A stretch of DNA of 60,069 nucleotides from a virus (taxonomy: Duplodnaviria; Caudoviricetes). The notes beneath the pieces were generated by a model, which did no database searches, was not told the DNA's origin, and saw only the letters and a program-made list of their open reading frames with translations. Both the position numbers and the translations under genes were made by a program. The stretch's first letter is position 1; each line of letters begins with the position of its first letter. This document shows, one piece after another, positions 26,928-35,383 of this stretch. The stretch is taken from positions 1 through 60,069 of the IMG/VR virus record IMGVR_UViG_3300039037_000048. One strand, written 5' to 3'.

Positions 26928-27508
26928 TGAGGATTTTTAATTTTGAGATTGAATGAAATTGAGTAGCGTTCTTCTTCACTTTCATTTGGTTTCACCATGT
27001 GCAGAAGATGAGAGGGGAACATAACTAGTCTACCCTTCTCTGGTTGAATGAAGTGTACATTACTTCCATACCCATAGGTCTGATGCTCATGTGGGGATCG
27101 GAATACCAGGTCACCAGAATCTTCAGGAGCTTCAATCCATACCACACCAGAATAAAAACAATGAGGATGTGTATGAGTCACGTTCCAGTTTCCTGGTCCA
27201 TTTATATTGAACCACATGTTGTCAAGTTCCAATGATGTATTAGGAAACCCGTTGTGATAAAACTGTTCAGCAATCTCATCAGCACATGGTTTAATCATCT
27301 CCCAGAGTCTAGTGGCAAGAGGAATGAAGTCAATGTCCTGGTGAATGTCAGACACAGACTGATACCCACCCATGTTACTCACAGTTTCGGATGGATACTT
27401 GTCTCTATACTTCCGAAAGTATTCCATGAAGTCAGTGTTGTCAAACTCATCATCATATGCAGAAAGAATGTAGAGTGGGAACAACTCCATGGTATTGTAA
27501 TCAATCAT
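26924..27508 (-). CDS. 2OG-Fe(II) oxygenase (TIGR02466-like)
   Basis: WFNIN..GN.N..HTHP...SGV...FPSHLLHMV.PN...RYSISFN. Confidence 0.85.
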   Translation of the reverse strand: MIDYNTMELFPLYILSAYDDEFDNTDFMEYFRKYRDKYPSETVSNMGGYQSVSDIHQDIDFIPLATRLWEMIKPCADEIAEQFYHNGFPNTSLELDNMWFNINGPGNWNVTHTHPHCFYSGVVWIEAPEDSGDLVFRSPHEHQTYGYGSNVHFIQPEKGRLVMFPSHLLHMVKPNESEEERYSISFNLKIKNPQ

Positions 27509-27735
27509 GCAAAACCTCCCTTGCTTTTCTTCTTCGGTTTAACATCAACCACTTCCATATGTGATAGGAACTGACCAGGAGACTGGAACCATCGTGCGTG
27601 TGCTACCTGCCAGTCATCATAGATTTCTGTCTGACCATTGGTGAACACAATCCTATAGCGATGCCTATCGTATGGTTTGTCACAGGTCTGCGTGAAGTAT
27701 CTAGGATCGTTTGGTTTGATCAGATCGTAAGACAT
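27505..27735 (-). CDS. Hypothetical protein
   Basis: YFTQTCDKPYDRH.Y motif; coupled to the next gene. Confidence 0.7.
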   Translation of the reverse strand: MSYDLIKPNDPRYFTQTCDKPYDRHRYRIVFTNGQTEIYDDWQVAHARWFQSPGQFLSHMEVVDVKPKKKSKGGFA

Positions 27736-27758
27736 TAAAAAAGGGGTCCGAAGACCCC
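27736..27758 (-). terminator. Terminator after psbD (cUUCGg loop)
   Basis: GGGGTC-TTCG-GACCCC followed by a T run. Confidence 0.85.
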
Positions 27759-27765
27759 TAGTATA

Positions 27766-28821
27766 TCACAGAGCATTGCCTCTTGGCAACACCTCTTCGG
27801 GAAATACAAACTGCTCATGCGGTTGATCCACTGGTGCCATCCAGGCACGTAGACCTTCGTTCAGCAGAATGTTCTTGGTGTAGAACGTCTCGAACTCGGG
27901 ATCTTCCGATGCTCTGATCTCTTGACTTACGAAATCATAAGCCCGAAGATTAAGAGCAAGACCAATAATGCCGATGCTACTTGTCCAAAGACCCATAACA
28001 GGAACAAAAAGCATAAAAAAGTGCAACCACCTCTTATTAGAAAAGGCAATGCCGAAGATCTGACTCCAGAAGCGGTTCGCTGTAACCATTGAATAAGTTT
28101 CTTCTTCTTGAGTCGAATCGAATGCCTTGAAAGTATTTGCTTGTTCGCCATCTTGGTAGAGTGTGTTCTCAACAGTGACACCATGGATTGCAGACAGTAA
28201 TGCTCCCCCTAGTATACCAGCAACACCCATCATATGGAAGGGGTTCAATGTCCAGTTGTGGAATCCCTGAAGGAAGAGGAGGAATCGGAAGATTGCTGCG
28301 ACCCCAAAAGATGGAGCGAAAAACCAACTCGATTGACCCAGAGGGTAGATGAGAAAGACACTAACGAAGACAGCAATAGGACCAGAGAAAGCAATCGCAT
28401 TGTACGGACGGATGCCAATTAACCTAGCAAGTTCAAACTGTCGAAGCATGAAACCAATGAGAGCAAAGGCTCCGTGGAGCGCCACAAAATTCCAGAGTCC
28501 CCCAAGCTGGAGCCAGCGTTGGAAATCGCCTTGAGATTCAGGACCCCAAAGTAGAAGAAGAGAATGACCCATAACATCAGCAGGCGTTGACACAGCCGCT
28601 GTAAGGAAGTTAGCACCCTCCAGGTAACTACTTGCAAGTCCGTGGGTGTACCAGCTTGTGACAAACGTAGTGCCAGTAAGCCAGCCACCAATTGCAAGAT
28701 AAGCAGTGGGAAAAAGAAGTAATCCAGACCAACCCACAAAGACAAAGCGATCCCGTTTAAGCCAGTCATCAAGGATGTCAAACCATTCCCTCCTTGGTTG
28801 TTGTAATGTTGATGTTACCAT
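27766..28821 (-). CDS. psbD: Photosystem II D2 protein
   Basis: [16 protein letters not shown]...[12 protein letters not shown]. Confidence 0.99.
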   Translation of the reverse strand: MVTSTLQQPRREWFDILDDWLKRDRFVFVGWSGLLLFPTAYLAIGGWLTGTTFVTSWYTHGLASSYLEGANFLTAAVSTPADVMGHSLLLLWGPESQGDFQRWLQLGGLWNFVALHGAFALIGFMLRQFELARLIGIRPYNAIAFSGPIAVFVSVFLIYPLGQSSWFFAPSFGVAAIFRFLLFLQGFHNWTLNPFHMMGVAGILGGALLSAIHGVTVENTLYQDGEQANTFKAFDSTQEEETYSMVTANRFWSQIFGIAFSNKRWLHFFMLFVPVMGLWTSSIGIIGLALNLRAYDFVSQEIRASEDPEFETFYTKNILLNEGLRAWMAPVDQPHEQFVFPEEVLPRGNAL

Positions 28822-28841
28822 TTATTTAACCTATGAAGACT

Positions 28842-28865
28842 AAAAAAGGGGGTCGGATGACCCCC
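28842..28865 (-). terminator. Terminator between psbA and psbD
   Basis: GGGGGTC-ATCC-GACCCCC followed by a T run. Confidence 0.75.
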
Positions 28866-28887
28866 AATGTGTGTGTATACTAACCGA

Positions 28888-29967
28888 TCAACCAACAGTA
28901 GGTGCGGTGAGTGCAACAGGAGTAGACTCTGCAGCAGCAAGATCGAGAGGGAAGTTGTGAGCGTTACGCTCATGCATGACTTCCATACCCAGACCTGCAC
29001 GGTTCAGAACGTCTGCCCAGGTGTTCACAACACGACCTTGACTTTCAACAATGGATTGATTGAAGTTAAATCCGTTGAGGTTGAATGCCATGGTGCTGAC
29101 GCCGAGGGCGGTAAACCAGATGCCCACAACTGGCCATGCTGCGAGGAAGAAATGCAGCGAGCGAGAATTGTTGAAAGAAGCATACTGGAAGATCAGACGA
29201 CCGAAGTAACCGTGTGCAGCAACGATGTTGTAGGTTTCTTCTTCTTGACCGAACTTGTAACCATAGTTTTGCGATTCGGTTTCAGTAGTTTCACGGACCA
29301 GCGAAGAAGTAACCAGACTTCCATGCATAGCAGAGAAAAGAGATCCACCGAATACCCCAGCAACACCGAGCATGTGGAACGGATGCATAAGGATGTTGTG
29401 CTCTGCTTGGAACACAAGCATATAGTTAAAAGTACCAGAGATACCAAGAGGCATAGCATCGGAGAAAGATCCTTGACCGAAAGGATAGACGAGGAATACA
29501 GCAGATGCTGCAGCGACTGGAGCAGAATATGCTACGCAGATCCAGGGGCGCATACCCAGGCGGTAAGAGAGTTCCCACTCACGACCCATGTAAGCATAGA
29601 TGCCAATCAGGAAGTGGAAGATAACCAGTTGGAAGGGACCACCGTTGTACAGCCACTCGTCGAGAGATGCTGCTTCCCAGATGGGATAGAAGTGAAGACC
29701 AATAGCATTGGACGAGGGAACGACAGCACCAGAGATGATGTTGTTACCATAGAGAAGAGAACCAGCGACTGGTTCGCGGATGCCATCGATGTCCACAGGA
29801 GGAGCAGCGATAAAGGCGACGATGAAGCAGATGGTTGCAGCCAGCAGGGTGGGGATCATCAGGACACCAAACCAACCGACATACAGACGGTTGTTGGTAG
29901 AGGTGACCCATTCGCAGAAGGATTCCCAAGTGCTGACCGAACCTTTACGTGAAAGAGTTGCAGTCAT
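28888..29967 (-). CDS. psbA: Photosystem II D1 protein (Glu130 form); no intron
   Basis: [15 protein letters not shown]...MGREWELS...[13 protein letters not shown]. Confidence 0.99.
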   Translation of the reverse strand: MTATLSRKGSVSTWESFCEWVTSTNNRLYVGWFGVLMIPTLLAATICFIVAFIAAPPVDIDGIREPVAGSLLYGNNIISGAVVPSSNAIGLHFYPIWEAASLDEWLYNGGPFQLVIFHFLIGIYAYMGREWELSYRLGMRPWICVAYSAPVAAASAVFLVYPFGQGSFSDAMPLGISGTFNYMLVFQAEHNILMHPFHMLGVAGVFGGSLFSAMHGSLVTSSLVRETTETESQNYGYKFGQEEETYNIVAAHGYFGRLIFQYASFNNSRSLHFFLAAWPVVGIWFTALGVSTMAFNLNGFNFNQSIVESQGRVVNTWADVLNRAGLGMEVMHERNAHNFPLDLAAAESTPVALTAPTVG

Positions 29968-30039
29968 AATAGTGCGTTTTGAACGTTAGTTATGCAAACA
30001 ATGTAACGACTCCTTAAAGGTCCTTTACATTTGTTTACC

Positions 30040-30073
30040 TATTTATTATAGCGTAGGGTCGGTTTTCCGTCAA
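30040..30073 (-). promoter_or_regulatory. psbA promoters: sigma70 overlapped by a late ATAAATA
   Basis: TTGACG-N17-TATAAT continuing into AAATA. Confidence 0.8.
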
Positions 30074-30100
30074 GCCTTTAAAGTAGAGTATTAATACTCA

Positions 30101-30226
30101 TTAGATAGGGTTGGTGGCGGGGATCATCATGCCCCCACCGTGGTCATCGTCATCGTCGATGCTACCACCCGTCAGGACAGCAGCAAAGATGAACCCTGCA
30201 AACATCGACAGTGCGAGGACTAACAT
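30101..30226 (-). CDS. 41-aa membrane peptide (…DDDDDHGGGMMIP…)
   Basis: Hand-translated; TGATG coupling to hli. Confidence 0.65.
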   Translation of the reverse strand: MLVLALSMFAGFIFAAVLTGGSIDDDDDHGGGMMIPATNPI

Positions 30227-30345
30227 CACCATACTCCTGGGATGATCTGTCCAGTGGTCAGGTAAGAACCTACTGCTGCAACGAAACCAACCATTGCTGC
30301 ACGAGCGTTCAGAATTTCTGCTTCAGGTGTGAATCCAAATTTCAT
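30226..30345 (-). CDS. hli: High-light-inducible protein (short form)
   Basis: FTPEAEILNARAAMVGF...TTGQIIPG; AExxNxRxAM motif. Confidence 0.9.
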   Translation of the reverse strand: MKFGFTPEAEILNARAAMVGFVAAVGSYLTTGQIIPGVW

Positions 30346-30491
30346 TTTTTGTTCTCCAAAGTTTTGTTTGTGATAATAATCTTCTCTCCATCATGAGAGA
30401 ATTGTAGTTCGTCGTCTGGATGCCACAGAAGTTCTTCGTATAAATCGTCGAGCTTCTGAATGTCTTCCCAGAGTGCATTCGGATTAGGCAT
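30342..30491 (-). CDS. 49-aa hypothetical protein (MPNPNALWEDIQKLDDLYEELLWHPDDEL...)
   Basis: Hand-translated; overlaps neighbours by 4-8 nt. Confidence 0.65.
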   Translation of the reverse strand: MPNPNALWEDIQKLDDLYEELLWHPDDELQFSHDGEKIIITNKTLENKK

Positions 30492-30774
30492 ATTGATTCA
30501 ACAAGGATCTAATGTTTTGTGTGATCTCCATACCTCCTGTTTTCTTTTCAAGCAACGTACCATTAGGTGATGCAATAACGAGAACAGGCGTAGCAGTTAC
30601 ACCATATAATTTAGCAATGTCGAGATTCTCTTGTGGAATTGGTTCATCACTAAAGTCTTCTAACTGAACCTCTTCAATTAGATCAAGGCGATCATCTTTG
30701 ATAGCATTCAAGTATCGCTTTACCAACCCACAAGGACCACACGAATCCTTGGTGAACATATAAAACTGGTTCAT
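30484..30774 (-). CDS. Thioredoxin-like protein
   Basis: CGPC active site; YGVTATPVLV. Confidence 0.85.
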   Translation of the reverse strand: MNQFYMFTKDSCGPCGLVKRYLNAIKDDRLDLIEEVQLEDFSDEPIPQENLDIAKLYGVTATPVLVIASPNGTLLEKKTGGMEITQNIRSLLNQYA

Positions 30775-30779
30775 GTATA

Positions 30780-30983
30780 TCAGAAGATACCAAAGAATAG
30801 TTTACCAGTAATCGCGTAAGAAATCAAGCCCGAAACGATTCCTCCCATTGCCCAACGTCCATTGTACATCTCCTTGTATTGCATAGGAGAGAACAGACCC
30901 TTGCGATTGTAGTCTTCGACTACCATCTGGGGTTCTCTAGCAAAGAGATTGTTTTGTCCGTATTCGTTTGTTGTTACGGTCAT
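30780..30983 (-). CDS. hli: High-light-inducible protein (long form)
   Basis: NEYGQNNLFAREP...EMYNGRWAM...ITGKLFFGIF. Confidence 0.9.
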   Translation of the reverse strand: MTVTTNEYGQNNLFAREPQMVVEDYNRKGLFSPMQYKEMYNGRWAMGGIVSGLISYAITGKLFFGIF

Positions 30984-31009
30984 TGTACTTATGTAAAGAA
31001 CTGTTACAT

Positions 31010-31044
31010 AGTATATAGCAAAAAAAGAGGGGCGTCAAGCCCCT
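31010..31044 (-). promoter_or_regulatory. sigma70 promoter overlapping a terminator hairpin, upstream of hli
   Basis: GGGGC-TTGAC-GCCCC hairpin with T tract; TTGACG-N17-TATACT. Confidence 0.75.
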
Positions 31045-31053
31045 CTCTGATAA

Positions 31054-31410
31054 TTATTTCTGATCGATGACATTTTGTTTTCTTGCTTGACGGGACAACC
31101 AGAAGGCGATACCGATCAAAGCGAAGTAGAACAGGGTGTCATCTATCATGACTAGGAAGAACACAACTGAACCACCAATCTTATACATGGGAGGGATGGG
31201 GATCAGTTCTACCAGACGACGCACCTGCTTTTCAAATACAAAGAAGTATAGTAATGCAAGTGCAGTCATCACATACTCACTATAGGGTACAACGAAGTAC
31301 AGTGAGATGATAATAAAGATTGGAAAGTAGTGTCGTTCAGGGACCTTACTCAAGGTCGTAACACTTGCTCTCCAAAAATTCTTGATTAGTTTTGAGAAAC
31401 GCTGTGACAT
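31054..31410 (-). CDS. Multi-pass membrane protein
   Basis: 3-4 hydrophobic segments. Confidence 0.6.
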   Translation of the reverse strand: MSQRFSKLIKNFWRASVTTLSKVPERHYFPIFIIISLYFVVPYSEYVMTALALLYFFVFEKQVRRLVELIPIPPMYKIGGSVVFFLVMIDDTLFYFALIGIAFWLSRQARKQNVIDQK

Positions 31411-31528
31411 AACTATCTACATCTTGTTCCATAGTATGGTGTGCATGTGTATGCAGTGACTGTATGACTCCCAAAGATCCACAGATCAGTAGGTTCATCA
31501 CCGTGAGGGGGTGGAGAAGGTAGCGCAT
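31346..31528 (-). CDS. Hypothetical protein with N-terminal TM/signal
   Basis: 60-aa ORF; HTHAHH motif. Confidence 0.55.
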   Translation of the reverse strand: MRYLLHPLTVMNLLICGSLGVIQSLHTHAHHTMEQDVDSYVTAFLKTNQEFLESKCYDLE

Positions 31529-31551
31529 TAAAAAAGGGGTCCGAAGACCCC
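31529..31551 (-). terminator. Terminator identical to the one after psbD
   Basis: GGGGTC-TTCG-GACCCC followed by a T run. Confidence 0.85.
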
Positions 31552-31571
31552 TGTATTATAGCAGGTTTGGA

Positions 31572-31946
31572 TCAGAAGGACCAGGTAGCACCCAGTTTTG
31601 TTCCGTAACCACGATCAATGTCATCGTCGCCAGATCCCACGAAGGAGACCTCACCATATACGGAGAGAGACTCGGTGGCGGCGATGGATGCACCAGCCTT
31701 ACCAGAAGGAACGGTGTCAGCAGCAGCGCCATCAGGATTGACGTAGCTAGCTCCACCTTGGACGTACCAGTCAACCAGACCAGTGGATCCAGAGTAGCCT
31801 ACGTGAGCGTCTGTCGTGGTTCCAGTGTAGTCCGAGCCAGTGAAACCAGAGTTTGCCTCTACGTTAACGTAGGGTCCTGCCAGGGCAGCACCAGGAGCAG
31901 CGAAAGCGACGGCTGCAGCGGCAGCAGCGAAAGCAGTTTTGATCAT
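31572..31946 (-). CDS. Secreted small outer-membrane beta-barrel-like protein
   Basis: Ala-rich signal peptide, alternating beta strands, C-terminal ...GATWSF. Confidence 0.7.
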   Translation of the reverse strand: MIKTAFAAAAAAVAFAAPGAALAGPYVNVEANSGFTGSDYTGTTTDAHVGYSGSTGLVDWYVQGGASYVNPDGAAADTVPSGKAGASIAATESLSVYGEVSFVGSGDDDIDRGYGTKLGATWSF

Positions 31947-32035
31947 GTTTGTTTTCCTAAATTTGTTGGACAGTAGGTATATAGCACAGAAAAGTTACAA
32001 AAGTCAACACCCTTGTGACACTTTTTCTGCACCAG

Positions 32036-32107
32036 AGCGGATGATCGGAATCGAACCGACGACATCTAACTTGGAAGGATAGCGTTCTACCGCTGAACTA
32101 CATCCGC
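32036..32107 (-). tRNA. tRNA-Gly (TCC)
   Basis: GCGGATGTAG start; anticodon loop CTTCCAA. Confidence 0.95.
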
Positions 32108-32127
32108 AGGGTGGGAGAGCGTTACTT

Positions 32128-32305
32128 CTCCCTAGGCTCGCCACTTGTTCTTTCACTGGAAACAAGAAACCAGGCGGCAACAATCACCCGCACCACTTGC
32201 TTTTGAGGAGAAGCAAGAAACCCGAGGGGTCTGGGACCCATCCCGACCAGGGCGCTTTTAGCGTCGTCCCGAGACGTGGGTCATAATGACTCCACCAGGG
32301 TAGGT
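32128..32305 (-). ncRNA. manA/wcaG-like structured cyanophage RNA upstream of tRNA-Gly
   Basis: Two internal repeats GGTTTCTTG(C/T)TTC...AA(G)..CAAGTGG(T/C)G; GC-rich stems; no ORF; family name recalled, not verified. Confidence 0.6.
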
Positions 32306-32312
32306 TTAGAGT

Positions 32313-32729
32313 CTATCCAAGACTAATGGTGTCGTTACCATCTTCATCATCCTTGACTTGATAAGGATCATTGAAGGTGATGGTATCCGTACCTTCTGCA
32401 CCAGAGATGACGGTATCACCACCAAAGTCTAGCACATCCTCACCGATACCACCGAAGGGAATGTTAACAGGACCAGCAGCTGCTGCACCAAAGGTTTCTA
32501 CATTAGTAGCATTCAGATAGTCAGACTGCAACTGGAAGTTGTAACTAGACTCATCGTAGGATGGGTACTCACTGGGAAAGTTAATAACCATACCAGTTTC
32601 CATAGGTGCCATGGAGCGCAGTTTATCATAGATCTCAAAGAGATCACGAACAGAGTCACCACTCTTGTTCTGCAGTGCTTCCAGCAGTTCCTGGCGCACT
32701 AGTTCTTTTGCTTCAGCGAGACGAGACAT
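32313..32729 (-). CDS. Acidic hypothetical protein
   Basis: Start MSRLAEAK; repeated DTI(S/T) motifs. Confidence 0.6.
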   Translation of the reverse strand: MSRLAEAKELVRQELLEALQNKSGDSVRDLFEIYDKLRSMAPMETGMVINFPSEYPSYDESSYNFQLQSDYLNATNVETFGAAAAGPVNIPFGGIGEDVLDFGGDTVISGAEGTDTITFNDPYQVKDDEDGNDTISLG

Positions 32730-32952
32730 TATCTTTGATGTAACAAGGGACAGTTTCGGGATCCAACCACTTCGTATACTCGAAGTCCTCCATGGCAATA
32801 GTCATTTGCATGGCATTGTCACAGAGGTACATGTCAGAGTACCGCTTGGTGTACTCGTGTGCTTTTTGAATACGAAAGTCGGGCATCCCGTTGGTTTCCA
32901 GTGTACCACACTCGACGTAGCGGTAGGGGAAACGCTCAAGAAGGATTTTCAT
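32713..32952 (-). CDS. Conserved cyanophage hypothetical protein
   Basis: LLERFPYRYVE.G.LE.NG.PD.RIQK...WLDP. Confidence 0.75.
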   Translation of the reverse strand: MKILLERFPYRYVECGTLETNGMPDFRIQKAHEYTKRYSDMYLCDNAMQMTIAMEDFEYTKWLDPETVPCYIKDNVSSR

Positions 32953-33176
32953 TAGTAGGAGGGATCTCCAGGAACGTCATCATCATAGGGCAAGTCAGGC
33001 ATAATGTCAAGCAGTGGTTCGATCTCTTCTGTGATCGGTGCTGCGATGACTGCACTGCCATCAGGGCGACGTACTAGGAAGTGCTCGCCCTGATTCTCAA
33101 TCAGATCCATGTAGTTATCGAAGTTAGCTTGGAACTCTTCTTCGGTAACCTCACGCATTTCTTCTACTTGTTTCAT
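32952..33176 (-). CDS. Phd/YefM antitoxin-fold-like protein
   Basis: VTEEEFQANFD.YMDLIE..GEHFLV...G.AVI pattern. Confidence 0.5.
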   Translation of the reverse strand: MKQVEEMREVTEEEFQANFDNYMDLIENQGEHFLVRRPDGSAVIAAPITEEIEPLLDIMPDLPYDDDVPGDPSY

Positions 33177-33418
33177 ACGTTGCAACAAATATTTTGTTCT
33201 TGAAGATACTTGATAGTATCTGTACATCCACCTAGGTGCTTCTTGTCCATAAGAACTTGTGGGAAAGTTGTTCCCTCCCCAAACAAACTATAGAAATCAG
33301 CACCAGTGAAGTCTCTACCTAAACGATACTCTACAAACTTGAACTCATTCAATTCAAAAAGCAATCTGATCTGCTCACAATAGCGGCAACCGTGCTTTGA
33401 ATAGATGGTGAATGTCAT
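33173..33418 (-). CDS. Glutaredoxin
   Basis: CRYC; TFPQV...LGGCTDT. Confidence 0.88.
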   Translation of the reverse strand: MTFTIYSKHGCRYCEQIRLLFELNEFKFVEYRLGRDFTGADFYSLFGEGTTFPQVLMDKKHLGGCTDTIKYLQEQNICCNV

Positions 33419-34065
33419 TTAGAAAGTTGGGCGAAATCCTGTTCAAAAATATTTAGACCAGCGTCGGTCAGAACGTGGTTGTACATTTTATCAAACACTG
33501 ACACAGGTAGAGTGACTACGTGAGCACCGTACAAGAGACAGCGAGCAACGTGATGAACATCACGAAGAGAAGCAGCGAGAATCTGGGTCTTCTGTGCCTG
33601 TGTGCAGTAAAGACCAGAGATAGCACGAACCAGTTCGACGCCACTGCAACTATTATCGTTCATCCGACCCACAAATGGGGAGATGTATGTGGCACCTGAC
33701 AAAGCGGTCACCGCTGCTTGAGCAGCAGAGAAGCACAGGGTCACATTAGTCTTGACGCCACGACCAGAGAGTTCCTTGCAGGCAATCAGACCCTCTTTGT
33801 GAAGGGGAAGTTTGATAGTCACTGCTTCACCCAGACCGATGTAGTTCTCGGCATCCTCTAGGAGTTCTTCTGCTGTATGTCCATTGACTTCTGCTGATAC
33901 AGATTCAAACCCAAAGGACTCATCACACAACTGTGCAATAAGATCTCGGTAGGGCACACCTTGCTTACGAACAAGTGTAGGATTAGTTGTTACGCCTGCG
34001 ATGATACCAGTACGAGATCTCTCAAGAATGGCACCGAAGTCTGCTGTGTCTAGAAAAATTTTCAT
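33415..34065 (-). CDS. talC: Transaldolase (TalC/Fsa family)
   Basis: MKIFLDTAD, GVTTNPTL, TIKLP, NVTLCFS, YISPFVGR. Confidence 0.95.
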   Translation of the reverse strand: MKIFLDTADFGAILERSRTGIIAGVTTNPTLVRKQGVPYRDLIAQLCDESFGFESVSAEVNGHTAEELLEDAENYIGLGEAVTIKLPLHKEGLIACKELSGRGVKTNVTLCFSAAQAAVTALSGATYISPFVGRMNDNSCSGVELVRAISGLYCTQAQKTQILAASLRDVHHVARCLLYGAHVVTLPVSVFDKMYNHVLTDAGLNIFEQDFAQLSK

Positions 34066-34093
34066 TGTAATATTGTTGGTATAGATGTACCAA

Positions 34094-34167
34094 TCGGGGT
34101 GATAGGATTTGAACCTACGACCTCCCGCTCCCAAAGCGGGCGCTCTACCAAGCTAAGCTACACCCCG
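34094..34167 (-). tRNA. tRNA-Pro (TGG)
   Basis: CGGGGTGTAG start; anticodon loop TTTGGGA. Confidence 0.95.
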
Positions 34168-34176
34168 TTAGAGGAG

Positions 34177-34428
34177 TCAACGCTCCTCAAAGTCAATTCG
34201 TCGGACCTTGCGTTGTCGCCTCTCCTCCTGAAAAACCAAGTCTTGTGGTGATAGATTCGGAGTAGACTTGTGCTTCTGGGGACTCGTTAGAATCTCTACC
34301 AGAGACAGATCCTTCCCTGATATGTTGGTCCCACGGATGCTCGTAAGGTTCGGGCACCCGCAGCACCTGGTCTTGGAGGGATGACTCTCTAATACTTTCC
34401 CGCAATTCTTGCATCTGATACTTAACAT
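34177..34428 (-). CDS. Zinc-ribbon hypothetical protein
   Basis: CKNC...CCGCPN; C-terminal RRQRKVRRIDFEER. Confidence 0.7.
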   Translation of the reverse strand: MLSIRCKNCGKVLESHPSKTRCCGCPNLTSIRGTNISGKDLSLVEILTSPQKHKSTPNLSPQDLVFQEERRQRKVRRIDFEER

Positions 34429-34525
34429 TGTCTAGCGCCACTCTAATTAGTGCTAACTCTTCGTGTATATCCTGATGGTGAAAGCGCAATGGTTTCTGCA
34501 AAAGTCTTTTAAGTTTCTTTTTCAT
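34193..34525 (-). CDS. Hypothetical protein; long overlap with the next gene
   Basis: ATG right after tRNA-Val; KPLRFHHQDIHEEL. Confidence 0.45.
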   Translation of the reverse strand: MKKKLKRLLQKPLRFHHQDIHEELALIRVALDNVKYQMQELRESIRESSLQDQVLRVPEPYEHPWDQHIREGSVSGRDSNESPEAQVYSESITTRLGFSGGEATTQGPTN

Positions 34526-34538
34526 GAGGATTTAACAC

Positions 34539-34612
<74 letters not shown>

Positions 34613-34616
34613 GAGG

Positions 34617-34690
34617 CGTCTTGGGCAGGACTCGAACCTGCGACCGACTGTTTAGAAGACAGTTGCTCTATCCAGCTGAGCTACCAAGAC
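34617..34690 (-). tRNA. tRNA-Arg (TCT)
   Basis: Anticodon loop CTTCTAA. Confidence 0.95.
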
Positions 34691-34699
34691 ATGAAAGAC

Positions 34700-34728
34700 A
34701 CTATAGCATAGTGTCGGAGGTTTGTCAA
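34700..34728 (-). promoter_or_regulatory. sigma70 promoter for the tRNA-Arg/Val/Pro-talC unit
   Basis: TTGACA-N17-TATAGT. Confidence 0.8.
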
Positions 34729-35030
34729 CCAGTGACTCTTTGGAATCCTGTACCAGACATCCAACCACCAGGACCAGATTGAATCTGTTCTGATCCACCA
34801 CCAAGTTGTGGCATGGGGTCTAGTTGAGTAGTAGTTTTACCACCACCAGTGGCAATCTGATACATTCTTTCGTGAATGTCAGAAGGAACACCAGTGGTTT
34901 CTTCTGCTAGCAGCAGTTCTTCTGCTACACAGAGATCGTGTTTTGCTTTTAGAATCTCCTGCTTCTCACTGTAGTAGGCAGGTCCGAACCAGGGATCGTC
35001 TTCTAGGTAAGAGGGAGCGGGATACGTCAT
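34725..35030 (-). CDS. Hypothetical protein
   Basis: EDDPWFGPA...IHERMYQIAT motifs. Confidence 0.65.
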   Translation of the reverse strand: MTYPAPSYLEDDPWFGPAYYSEKQEILKAKHDLCVAEELLLAEETTGVPSDIHERMYQIATGGGKTTTQLDPMPQLGGGSEQIQSGPGGWMSGTGFQRVTG

Positions 35031-35066
35031 GTGTGAAGCGATAACGAATTCATGTTACCAGATTAT

Positions 35067-35300
35067 TTATGCAGCGTCAAGGGTCTTTGGTGCATAATAT
35101 GCCTTGTAGTATGCCACAATGCCATCTGACCTCACGTTGCCTTGCGACACCCAGTCATGACAGCACTCCATGATACCTTTCTGACTATGAACAGGGGATC
35201 CATCTGGGTTGAGCTCGGATCCAAATTTCTTGAGCAGGATAGCATAGACCCTAGCACGGGCATCCATACGGTCATCACTGTAGCGCCAGTCTTCAGACAT
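35067..35300 (-). CDS. Hypothetical protein
   Basis: Start MSEDWRYSDDRM, downstream of a sigma70 promoter. Confidence 0.65.
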   Translation of the reverse strand: MSEDWRYSDDRMDARARVYAILLKKFGSELNPDGSPVHSQKGIMECCHDWVSQGNVRSDGIVAYYKAYYAPKTLDAA

Positions 35301-35322
35301 AGTTGAGTAGCAACTGGTCATA

Positions 35323-35359
35323 ATTGTATCACAACAGACATGAGCTGTCAAGCTAAATA
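35323..35359. promoter_or_regulatory. Back-to-back promoters: minus-strand sigma70 and plus-strand late promoter
   Basis: TTGACA-N17-TACAAT (minus, 35323-35351); CTAAATA (plus, 35353-35359). Confidence 0.7.
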
Positions 35360-35383
35360 GTTGAGTGGTAAAATTTAGATCAA

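Noticed and set aside
28867-29952. 361-aa plus-strand ORF antisense to psbA
   Set aside because: In-register shadow of a strongly codon-biased gene; no motifs or RBS.
27766-29967. Intron or homing endonuclease in or between psbA and psbD; inteins or introns in nrdA, nrdB, g43 or g41
   Set aside because: All ORFs are continuous and of normal length; the psbA-psbD spacer is only 66 bp.
30993-31007. NtcA box upstream of hli
   Set aside because: The spacing is GTA-N9-TAC, not N8.
34066-34134. N-terminal extension of talC in the ORF track
   Set aside because: It lies within tRNA-Pro; the family start MKIFLDTAD is at 34065.
22908-34525. Long overlaps of 22908-23180 into thyX and 34193-34525 into the zinc-ribbon gene as deliberate dual coding
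   Set aside because: The overlapping tails look low-information; stop-codon loss is the simpler explanation.
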